Assembly: GCA_965224245.1 (NCBI GenBank)
Contig: OZ245046.1
Location: 2,752,001-2,816,000 of the forward strand
Direction: 5' to 3'
Length of the DNA stretch: 64,000 bases
DNA from: Candidatus Eiseniibacteriota bacterium
Lineage (GTDB): Bacteria; Eisenbacteria; RBG-16-71-46; CAZAMP01
How positions within the stretch are numbered: the first letter of the stretch is position 1; each line of letters begins with the position of its first letter. Both the position numbers and the translations under genes were made by a program. This document shows, piece by piece, positions 50,635 to 58,492 of the stretch. Below the pieces are notes generated by a model, which was given only the letters and a program-made list of their open reading frames with translations, ran no database searches and was not told where the DNA came from.

Positions 50635-51440
50635 GAGAACCGCGCCGGCCGCTTGGCCACGAACGCATCGTGCGCCTCGCGGAAGTTCGGGTTCAGCATG
50701 CACGCGGCCTGGATCTCGCCCTCGGCCGCGAACGCGCTCTCGAGATCCATGTGGGCCTCCCGGTTCAGGTACGCCTTGGTGACCTCGAGCGCGAAGGACG
50801 GACCCGCCGCCAGCTTGCGGGCGAACGCGGTGGCCTCGGCGGCGAGCGCGTCGTTCGGGACGACCCGGTTGTAGAGCCCGATGCGGTGGGCCTCGGCGGC
50901 CGAGATGAAATCGCCGGTCATCAGGAGCTCGGTCGCGTGACCGAGGCCCACGATGCGAGGCAGGAGCCACGCCGCCCCCATGTCGGCCCCGGAGAGACCG
51001 ACCTTCGTGAACAGGAACGCGATCTTCGCCGCTTCCGACGCGATCCGAACGTCGCTGGCCGCCGCCATCACGGCCCCCGCGCCGGCCACGGTTCCGTTCA
51101 GGCCGGCCACGACGGGCCGCCGGCACCGTCGCATGGCCAGGATCAGGTCGCAGGTGAGCCGCGTGAAGTCGAGTAGCTCCTCGTACGTCTTCTCGAACAG
51201 ACGTCCGATGATGTCGTTCACGTCGCCGCCGGAGCAGAACGCGCGCCCGGCCCCGGTCAACAGTATCGTCCGCACGCCCGGCTCGGTGTCGAGCGCCCGG
51301 AACGTGTCGCGCAGCTCCTCGTAGACCTCGAACGTCAGGGCATTGAGCCGGTCGGGTCGATCGAGCGTGATCGTCGCGACGTCGTGCTCGGTGTCGAGTT
51401 CGTACCGAAACGAGCGGGGGGTCGGCGGCATTGGCGTCAC
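50631..51440 (-). CDS. Enoyl-CoA hydratase family (AbmC-like)
   Basis: LDRPDRLNAL, AFCSGGDV, GAGA, VGLSGADMGA.WLLPRIVG. Confidence 0.92.
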   Translation of the reverse strand: MTPMPPTPRSFRYELDTEHDVATITLDRPDRLNALTFEVYEELRDTFRALDTEPGVRTILLTGAGRAFCSGGDVNDIIGRLFEKTYEELLDFTRLTCDLILAMRRCRRPVVAGLNGTVAGAGAVMAAASDVRIASEAAKIAFLFTKVGLSGADMGAAWLLPRIVGLGHATELLMTGDFISAAEAHRIGLYNRVVPNDALAAEATAFARKLAAGPSFALEVTKAYLNREAHMDLESAFAAEGEIQAACMLNPNFREAHDAFVAKRPARFS

Positions 51441-51850
51441 TCCTGATGCGGGGGCAGTACGGCCGTGGCCTCGATCTCCACGAGCGCACCCTCGTCCACG
51501 AGGCGGGAGACCTCAACGAGGGCCATCGCCGGGTAGTGCCGCCCCAGGCGCTCGCGCCAGGCGCGACCCAGACGCTCGCGTCCGGACAGATAGGCGTCCA
51601 GATCGGCCACGTACACGGTCATGCGTCCGATGTCGGACGGCGCGCCGCCGGCCTCCGACACGACCTCGAGTATGCGGTCGAGCGCGCGCGCGAACTGATC
51701 CACGAGATCCCCGTCGATGATGCGCCCGTTCTCGTCGGATGCCGCCTGTCCGGCCACGAAGAGCAGACGTCCGCCGGGCGGAGCGACGAGGCCGTTGTTC
51801 CACCCGCTCGGCTGGCCGAGGCTCTCGGGATTGATGATGTCGAAGCTCAC
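51437..51850 (-). CDS. RidA/YjgF family protein (AbmF-like)
   Basis: LFVAGQ, YPAMALVEVSRL..ALVEIEATA. Confidence 0.9.
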   Translation of the reverse strand: MSFDIINPESLGQPSGWNNGLVAPPGGRLLFVAGQAASDENGRIIDGDLVDQFARALDRILEVVSEAGGAPSDIGRMTVYVADLDAYLSGRERLGRAWRERLGRHYPAMALVEVSRLVDEGALVEIEATAVLPPHQE

Positions 51851-52671
51851 GAGAGCAGCCCTCCTCCGTCCACGACGATCGCCTGGCCGATCACGCTGCC
51901 CGCGTTCTCGTGCGCGAGCATGGTCACCACGTGCGCGACCTCGGTGACCGTGACCAGCCGGCGGTGTCTCGCACTCGAGAGGATCGACTCCAGCGCCGCC
52001 TCGCGCGAGAGGTCGGTCTTCTCGACGATGCGGTCCAGTGTCTCGTCGGTCATCGCGGTGTCCACGTATCCGGGACACACGGCGTTCACGGTCACGCCCC
52101 TGGGCGCCAGCTCGGCCGCCACCGAGCGCGTGACGCCCATCACGGCGTGCTTGGACGCCGCATAGGTGGCGGTGTACGGCGCGCCGGTGAGTGCGGCGAC
52201 CGAGGCCACGTTGACGATGCGGCCGTAGCCCCTCGCCGCCATCGACGGCGCGAACGCGCGAATGCACAGGAACGCACCGGTGGCGTTGACGGCCATCACG
52301 CGGTTCCACTCGTCCAGCTCGATCCGGGCCAGCGGCGCCGAGGATCCGATGCCCGCGTTGTTCACCAGGACCTCGATGGGTCCGGCCGCGTCCTCGGCCG
52401 CCCGGGCGAGGGCCAGGACGCTGTCGGCGTCGGAGACGTCGGCCGGAACCGCTGTCGCCCGCCCCCCGCTGGCGCCGATGGCCGTCGCCACGGACTCGAT
52501 CTCGTGGGTCGTGCGCGCCGCGAGCACGACGTGGTGCCCGCGCGATGCCAGCGCCTCGGCCACCGCGCGGCCGATCCCGCGTCCGGCGCCCGTGACCACC
52601 GCGCCCGACGCCGCCGGCACCCGGTCCGCCGGGCGGCCGCTCGCCGAGGATCGGCGATCGTGGCCCGTCAC
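51847..52671 (-). CDS. Short-chain dehydrogenase/reductase (AbmB-like)
   Basis: TGAGRGIG, NNAG, YAASK, NAVCPGYVDT. Confidence 0.92.
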   Translation of the reverse strand: MTGHDRRSSASGRPADRVPAASGAVVTGAGRGIGRAVAEALASRGHHVVLAARTTHEIESVATAIGASGGRATAVPADVSDADSVLALARAAEDAAGPIEVLVNNAGIGSSAPLARIELDEWNRVMAVNATGAFLCIRAFAPSMAARGYGRIVNVASVAALTGAPYTATYAASKHAVMGVTRSVAAELAPRGVTVNAVCPGYVDTAMTDETLDRIVEKTDLSREAALESILSSARHRRLVTVTEVAHVVTMLAHENAGSVIGQAIVVDGGGLLS

Positions 52672-53438
52672 GTCCGATCTCTCCGCTCGCCGAAGAGCGT
52701 GATCGCCGCGTCGTACACGACGTCGCCGAGTGTCTCGACGGTCGCCCGTCCCTCCTCGGCGGTGGCCTCGGCAGGCGCACCGAAGTACGCGCGCGGCCCG
52801 CCCGCCTCGTGAAACGTGCGCTTTCCCTCGCGCACGGCGACCGACAGCGACGCGGGGTTGGGCGCCAGCTCCCGCTGTACGTCGTGCCGGACCAGATCCG
52901 ACCGCTCGCTCATGACGATCGACCCCTCGTAACGCCCGGCGTGGCAGGCGCCGCTCTTGAACTCGTCGGTGAGACGCAGCGCCCACGGCCGGCGCGTCAC
53001 GTTCGGAAACGCGACGTCGATCCCGTGCTCGTCGCGGCACGCGGCCACCGCCGCATCGATGGCCGACAGGTTGGCCGGATCGACGTGCGCGTTCGCCACG
53101 ACCAGTCGCGCGAGGCCGTGACGGGCGAGCCCACGGGCGACGTCCGTCACGAGCGAGACGAACGTGTCCGCCGCGACCGAGATCGTCCCCGCGAACGCTT
53201 CGGCGAACGGGGCGGGCGAGTACGCGAGCACCGGGAGGAGCACGACGTGGTAGCCCTCGTCCGCCAGTCGCTCGCCGCCCCGGCGGGCCATCGCCTCGGA
53301 GATGACGACGTCGGTACCCAGCGGGAGGTGCGGGCCGTGTGCCTCGATCGCGCCGATCGGCAGGATCGCCACCGCGCGGCTCCGATCGAGTCGCTCGACG
53401 TCTTCGTAGGTCATCTCGTCGAGTCGCTCGAGGGGCAT
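52668..53438 (-). CDS. Creatininase/ArfB/MftE family amidohydrolase
   Basis: LPIGAIEAHGPHLPLGTD, FAGTI, NAH, HAGRYEGS. Confidence 0.9.
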   Translation of the reverse strand: MPLERLDEMTYEDVERLDRSRAVAILPIGAIEAHGPHLPLGTDVVISEAMARRGGERLADEGYHVVLLPVLAYSPAPFAEAFAGTISVAADTFVSLVTDVARGLARHGLARLVVANAHVDPANLSAIDAAVAACRDEHGIDVAFPNVTRRPWALRLTDEFKSGACHAGRYEGSIVMSERSDLVRHDVQRELAPNPASLSVAVREGKRTFHEAGGPRAYFGAPAEATAEEGRATVETLGDVVYDAAITLFGERRDRT

Positions 53439-53498
53439 CGCCAGATCTCTCGGCTGCTGCGCGCCATCGGGCGCGCCAAGTCCCGTCCACGTCGGTAG

Positions 53499-53526
53499 TT
53501 GACCGCTTGCAAAACTCACGTATCAT
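53499..53526 (+). promoter_or_regulatory. Putative sigma70 promoter for the CoA ligase (likely leaderless)
   Basis: TTGACC-N16-TATCAT ending 8 nt before ATG 53535. Confidence 0.55.
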
Positions 53527-53534
53527 ACCGTCCC

Positions 53535-55073
53535 ATGACGTTCCGTCCACCGGAAGAATTCAATCTCGCCACGTACCTCCTGGGCGCGCGGCTCGACGCC
53601 GGAGACGGCGAGCGGGTCGCGATCGTCACCGACGAGGCCGCGCTCACGTATCGGGACGTGGATCACCTGTCGAACCGGTTCGCCAACCTGCTCCGCGAGA
53701 TGGGCATTCGACCCGAGGAGCGCGTGGTGGTGGCGCTCGAGGACGGGCCCGCGTTCGTGGGCGCGCTCTTCGGCATCCTGAAGGTCGGCGCCGTCGTCGT
53801 GATGCTGAATCCGGAGCTCAAGCCCGACGCCATCTCGTACTTCTACCGGTACACGCGCGCACGGTACGCGTTCTGCGAGGTGTCCCGGGCCGATCCCTGG
53901 CGCCGGGCGGCGCGCTCGGCCCCTCTCCTGGAGCAGGTATGCCTCGTCGGCACCGCCGACGTCGACGAGGCGCTCGCATCCGCCTCGGCCGCGTCGCCCG
54001 TCTTCGACACGCACCGCGACGATCCGGCCATCTGGCTCTTCTCCGGGGGCACCACCGGACGACCCAAGGCCGTGATCCAGACGCACCGGTCGTTCGCGAA
54101 CACGACCGAGCTCTACGGGAAGCGCACGATCGGGTACACCGCCGACGACGTGACGATCTCGGCCCCGAAGCTCTTCTTCGGCTACGCCACCGGGTCGAAC
54201 CTGTTCTTCCCGTTCTCGGTCGGAGCAAAGACGGTGCTGTTCCCCGAGCGGTGCACCGCCGAGCGGCTGTTCGATGCCATCGAGCGGCACCGGCCGACGA
54301 TCCTCGTGGCCGTCCCCACGATGATCCGCAATTTGATCTCACACGAGAGCGCCGCCAGCCGGGATCTCTCGTCGCTCCGCATCGCCACGTCGGCCGGCGA
54401 GGCACTTCCGCCCGAGCTCCACGCCCGGTGGAACGAGGCATTCGGCGTGGACCTTCTGGATGGTCTGGGCACGGCCGAGATGTGGCACATCTTCATCTCC
54501 AACCGTCCCGGCCACGTGACGCCCGGCACGCTGGGCCGCGCCGTCGACGGCTTCGAGGTCCAGGTGTGCGACGACGACGGTCGGCCGGTGGCCGACGGGG
54601 AGACCGGCTGGCTCCGCGTGAAGGGCGAGTCCCGCGGGCTCGGGTACTGGCACCAGCTGGAGAAGACGTGCGACGGCTTCCAGGGTCACTGGTACGTGAC
54701 CGGCGACATGGTCACCCGCAACGCCGACGGCACGTTCACGTACGCCGGACGCGGCGACGACATGCTGAAGGTCTCGGGCAAGTGGCTCGCCACGCGCGAG
54801 GTCGAGGAGTGTCTGGCCACGCACCCGTCGGTGAAGGAAGCGGCCGTGATCGGCGTCGTCGACGCCGATGGGCTCACGAAGCCCCATGCGTTCGTGGTGC
54901 CGCATGCGCATGACGACACTCTGTCCGACACGCTGAAGGAGTACGTGCGCTCGCGCCTCGAGTCGTACAAGTACCCGCGGGAGATCGTGTTTCTCGACGA
55001 TCTGCCGCGCACGCACCTGGGCAAGGTGGATCGCGGCAAGCTACGCGGCTCGTCCCCGCGGAGAGCGTCCTAG
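53535..55073 (+). CDS. Benzoate-CoA ligase family, probably 2-aminobenzoate-CoA ligase
   Basis: LFSGGTTGRPK, KLFFGY, SAGEALP, DGLGTAEMWHIFIS, GRGDDMLKV, YKYPR; divergent from the abm-like operon. Confidence 0.85.
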   Translation: MTFRPPEEFNLATYLLGARLDAGDGERVAIVTDEAALTYRDVDHLSNRFANLLREMGIRPEERVVVALEDGPAFVGALFGILKVGAVVVMLNPELKPDAISYFYRYTRARYAFCEVSRADPWRRAARSAPLLEQVCLVGTADVDEALASASAASPVFDTHRDDPAIWLFSGGTTGRPKAVIQTHRSFANTTELYGKRTIGYTADDVTISAPKLFFGYATGSNLFFPFSVGAKTVLFPERCTAERLFDAIERHRPTILVAVPTMIRNLISHESAASRDLSSLRIATSAGEALPPELHARWNEAFGVDLLDGLGTAEMWHIFISNRPGHVTPGTLGRAVDGFEVQVCDDDGRPVADGETGWLRVKGESRGLGYWHQLEKTCDGFQGHWYVTGDMVTRNADGTFTYAGRGDDMLKVSGKWLATREVEECLATHPSVKEAAVIGVVDADGLTKPHAFVVPHAHDDTLSDTLKEYVRSRLESYKYPREIVFLDDLPRTHLGKVDRGKLRGSSPRRAS

Positions 55074-55152
55074 CCCCGCCACGGGTGAGATCACGGCGGC
55101 ACGAGGCCGGGCGTCGCGGGACCCGGCGTCGGAGGGATGCGTGCGCACCGAC

Positions 55153-56286
55153 TCAGCGCATCGTGTCCGGCGAATCCACGAGCGTGTGACCGGACGTCTC
55201 GAACGCGTAGTACGCCGCGTTCTCCAGCCTCGGCACGCGATCGCGCGGCAACAGGATCGACCGCACCTCCCACAGCTCGGTGAAGATGTGCTCGTGTGCG
55301 CGCGCGTGCAGGTAAGAGGCTCCGGGGGAGCCCCCGGTGCCGGGCCGCTGGCCGATCACGCGCTCCACCATGCGGGCATGCCGTGTTCGCCACAGGAGCA
55401 GGCGCTCCTCCACCTCCACGATGGTGTCGATCAGCAGCCGGGGCCAGGCCAGGAGCGGCAGCGTCCGATACGACTCGATGAACAAGAGCGCCGCCCGCGT
55501 GCGGAGCGTACGTGCCCGGTCGGCCTCGGGAACGTCCTCGGCGAACAGGAACTGCCGCGCGTGCGCGATCATCGCCTCGAGCCGGGCGCGGGGGTCGCCA
55601 CCGGCGGTGGGCGCCGGATACCGTGACAGGGCCGCCTCCTGCACGTCGCGGTACGCCTCGAAATAGGCGGTCAGGAATCGGCGGACACGATCGATGTCGT
55701 CGGGATCGGTCGGGCGGGAGCCGTCGATCGGCGTGCGCCCCAGCCACTCGTGCAGCGCCTGGCGCAGCGACATCTCGCCGCGAACACGCTCGATGTCGGC
55801 CCAGATGGCCGCGCCGTCCGACGCCGACTCCGTCGCCCGTCTCAGCAGCGGCAGGATGTCCTCGCCGTACCGGGAGGACGGATCGTCCTCGATGCCGAGC
55901 AAGATCTCGAGCTGCCGGTACTGGAACGACTGAAAGCCGCTGGCCGGGACCAGCTTATCCCGGAAGTCGATGAAGTCCTGCGGGGTGAGCGTCTCCACGA
56001 CGTCGAACTGGGCGTTGGCGTGACCGAGAATCACGTTCACCCGCCGGAGATGGTGCACGACGTACGGGATCTTCTCCTCGGGCACGACCGGTCGCGACAG
56101 CTCGTCGCGGGCCAGCCGCAGCTCGTGGATCGTGAGCTTGAACCAGAGCTCGAAGACCTGATGCACGATGATGAAGTGGATCTCGTCGGAGGCGAGGCGC
56201 GATTCGTCGACCTCCAGCCCCCCCTGCAGGTTCAGGAGATCGGGAAGCCGGAGATAGCTCCAGTAGTTCGGGGCCTCGCGCGTCAC
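55153..56286 (-). CDS. kynA: Tryptophan 2,3-dioxygenase (long form)
   Basis: YWSYLRL..LL.LQ, DEIHFIIVHQVFELWFK, FRDKL.PASGFQSFQYR, WR.RH..MVERVIG..PGTGGSPG..YL. Confidence 0.95.
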   Translation of the reverse strand: MTREAPNYWSYLRLPDLLNLQGGLEVDESRLASDEIHFIIVHQVFELWFKLTIHELRLARDELSRPVVPEEKIPYVVHHLRRVNVILGHANAQFDVVETLTPQDFIDFRDKLVPASGFQSFQYRQLEILLGIEDDPSSRYGEDILPLLRRATESASDGAAIWADIERVRGEMSLRQALHEWLGRTPIDGSRPTDPDDIDRVRRFLTAYFEAYRDVQEAALSRYPAPTAGGDPRARLEAMIAHARQFLFAEDVPEADRARTLRTRAALLFIESYRTLPLLAWPRLLIDTIVEVEERLLLWRTRHARMVERVIGQRPGTGGSPGASYLHARAHEHIFTELWEVRSILLPRDRVPRLENAAYYAFETSGHTLVDSPDTMR

Positions 56287-56341
56287 GATTGCCTCCTTCG
56301 TCGGCGCCGACGACTGATGATGTCAGCGTCGGCGCGTCGCC

Positions 56342-57499
56342 TCAACCGCTATTCCGCGGGGTACGCGCCGACACGCACGAGAAGGCGGACGACAGGAACG
56401 TCCAGATCAGATCGAGCTGATCGGCGACCGGCATCGCCACGAGCCCCGCTCGAGAGGCCTCCTCCCGCACCGACGCCATGGCGGCGATCGTCTCGGGCGA
56501 GCTCCGCCGATCGTCGGGCACGACGTCGAGACGCGCGCGCCACCGCGCGAGGCGCTCGGCCCAGCGTCTCCTGGGCTCGGCGTCCGGATCCAGGTCCGCG
56601 CCGAGTCCCGGCGTGATGAAGAGGGGCATCTCGGACACGAGGGTGAGCGTGTCGCGTCCGAGCCGGCGGGCCACGTCCATCGAGCTCGGCCGGAATCGCG
56701 CCGCGACCTCGGGCTCACCGAGCGCATCGAAGTGCGCCCGCATCGCGTCGGCGCTGGGGCGTGTCGCGAAGCCCCGACCCAGCCGGTGGAAGCCCTTCTC
56801 TCCCCGGCGGTCGACGTCGTGCGGCGTGTAGCCCAGTCGCTGACAGGCGCTCAGGCACGCCCGGCGTACGGGCTCGATGCGATCGCGCCAGGCATCCTCG
56901 ACGAGGAACCAGGGACCACCGGCGGTGCCCATGCCATGGAGCGACGCGTGCAGACGGGGACGCACGTCCTCGGCTCGCCACCACCGGAGGATCGCCGTCG
57001 TCTCGGGTCTCGCTCCGGAATCGCCGTCGTGGGCGGGGAACCCGAACTCGAGGTCGTCGCCCGGGCGCTCGCGGACGACGTGACGGAGGTAATGCGCCAC
57101 GTCGAAGCCGGCATCCACGCGCTCGGGTCGACGATCGTGAGGCGCGGGCACGGAGTCGGTCCATGTCCGGTTCCGCTCCGCGCCGTCGGGGTTTACGTGC
57201 GGGACGATCCACCAGGTGGCGGCGCCGAGGAGGCCGGTGGCGCGCGGGGCACCGGCCAGGAACACGACGAACGCGCGCAGGAACATCGGTCCCACGGGCT
57301 CGTCGGCGTGGCAGCCGGCAATGAGACTCACGTGCACGGGACCGCTGCCCAGCCGATGGGCCACGATCGCTCGTCCCTCGCGGGAGCGGCCGATCACCCG
57401 GCCCGCCGGCTCGCCGGCCCGGGCACCGTGGCCGGCAGGGGCCCGATCCCCCGGGGCACCGGCGCTCGCCGCCGCGGCCAGCACGTCCGCGATCGTCAC
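56342..57499 (-). CDS. M14 family zinc carboxypeptidase/amidohydrolase
   Basis: IGRSREGR, AGCHADEPVG (HxxE), PHVNPDG, SLHG. Confidence 0.8.
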   Translation of the reverse strand: MTIADVLAAAASAGAPGDRAPAGHGARAGEPAGRVIGRSREGRAIVAHRLGSGPVHVSLIAGCHADEPVGPMFLRAFVVFLAGAPRATGLLGAATWWIVPHVNPDGAERNRTWTDSVPAPHDRRPERVDAGFDVAHYLRHVVRERPGDDLEFGFPAHDGDSGARPETTAILRWWRAEDVRPRLHASLHGMGTAGGPWFLVEDAWRDRIEPVRRACLSACQRLGYTPHDVDRRGEKGFHRLGRGFATRPSADAMRAHFDALGEPEVAARFRPSSMDVARRLGRDTLTLVSEMPLFITPGLGADLDPDAEPRRRWAERLARWRARLDVVPDDRRSSPETIAAMASVREEASRAGLVAMPVADQLDLIWTFLSSAFSCVSARTPRNSG

Positions 57500-57543
57500 C
57501 CCCGCCGCGGGGGTGACGCGTCCTCGCCCGGGCTCAGCCCCCG

Positions 57544-58383
57544 TCAGCGCAGCACGCGCACCGTGCCCGACACGATGGGCGCCCCCCCGGAGTCCACGCG
57601 GTACAGGTACACGCCCGCCGGTACCGTCCGACCCGCGGCATCCCGGACATCCCAGCTCAGCGAGCGATCGGCGTCACCGAGGCGCCAGCGGCGAACCTCG
57701 CGACCGGCCACGTCGAACAGGGACAGGAGCCCGCCGCCCGCGTCCGGCGGCAACGTCACCCGGATGCGCGCCGATCCCACGACGGGGTGCGGCAGAAACG
57801 CGACGCGCGACGGCGCGTCGGCCGAGCCGGGCTCGCCGGCCGACAGGGGCGCGTCGGTCACGTCGATCACCGCGCCGCTCAGAACGACCTGTCGCGGAAA
57901 CGTCGCGTGTCCCGGAAAGATGAACAGCCCGTCGTCGAAGAACGTGCGATCGGGATCCGACGTGGGCGCGATCGCACTCGTCCCCAGCGCCTCGGCGCGG
58001 AATCGGAACGTCGACAGGACGCCCGGCCCATCGACCGAGACGCCGCTGCACAGGAGCACGTGCGAGTACGTCACCGTGGACGCGGTCGTCGCGACGTCGG
58101 TGAAGCGCGTCCCGCAGGCCGAGGTCATCAGGGCCCCCTCTTCGACCGAATCGAACGAGACGACCGCCGGATCGAACGTGATCTCGATCTCGTATCCGTT
58201 GAACTGAAGCGCAGTCTCGTCCACCTCGAAGGTGATCTCGACCAGGCTGTCCGCGGCCACGTCGTTGAACGCGGGAAGCAGGAAGGCATGGAACTCGGGC
58301 ACGCCGTCGGACGTCGCGTGCGACGCGTCCGCGGTCACGAAAAGGCCCCAGACGACGCTCGCGAGGATCCGTCGCTTGCTCAT
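57544..58383 (-). CDS. Secreted cohesin-like protein with FlgD-Ig-type CTD
   Basis: Signal peptide; GYEIEITFDPAVV.F.SV.EG.L, G.GVLSTFRFRA..GTS; C-terminal LFDVAGREVR..WD.RD..G..VPAGVYLYRV. Confidence 0.7.
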   Translation of the reverse strand: MSKRRILASVVWGLFVTADASHATSDGVPEFHAFLLPAFNDVAADSLVEITFEVDETALQFNGYEIEITFDPAVVSFDSVEEGALMTSACGTRFTDVATTASTVTYSHVLLCSGVSVDGPGVLSTFRFRAEALGTSAIAPTSDPDRTFFDDGLFIFPGHATFPRQVVLSGAVIDVTDAPLSAGEPGSADAPSRVAFLPHPVVGSARIRVTLPPDAGGGLLSLFDVAGREVRRWRLGDADRSLSWDVRDAAGRTVPAGVYLYRVDSGGAPIVSGTVRVLR

Positions 58384-58492
58384 GTGAAGTTGCCCCATCG
58401 GTTGTGGCCGGGAGCGGAGCGGGCTCCGGCTCCCGGCCGACTGACTTGGATCGTGTGCCACGTCCTGGGCACGCGATCGCGCGCTCGGGGCG

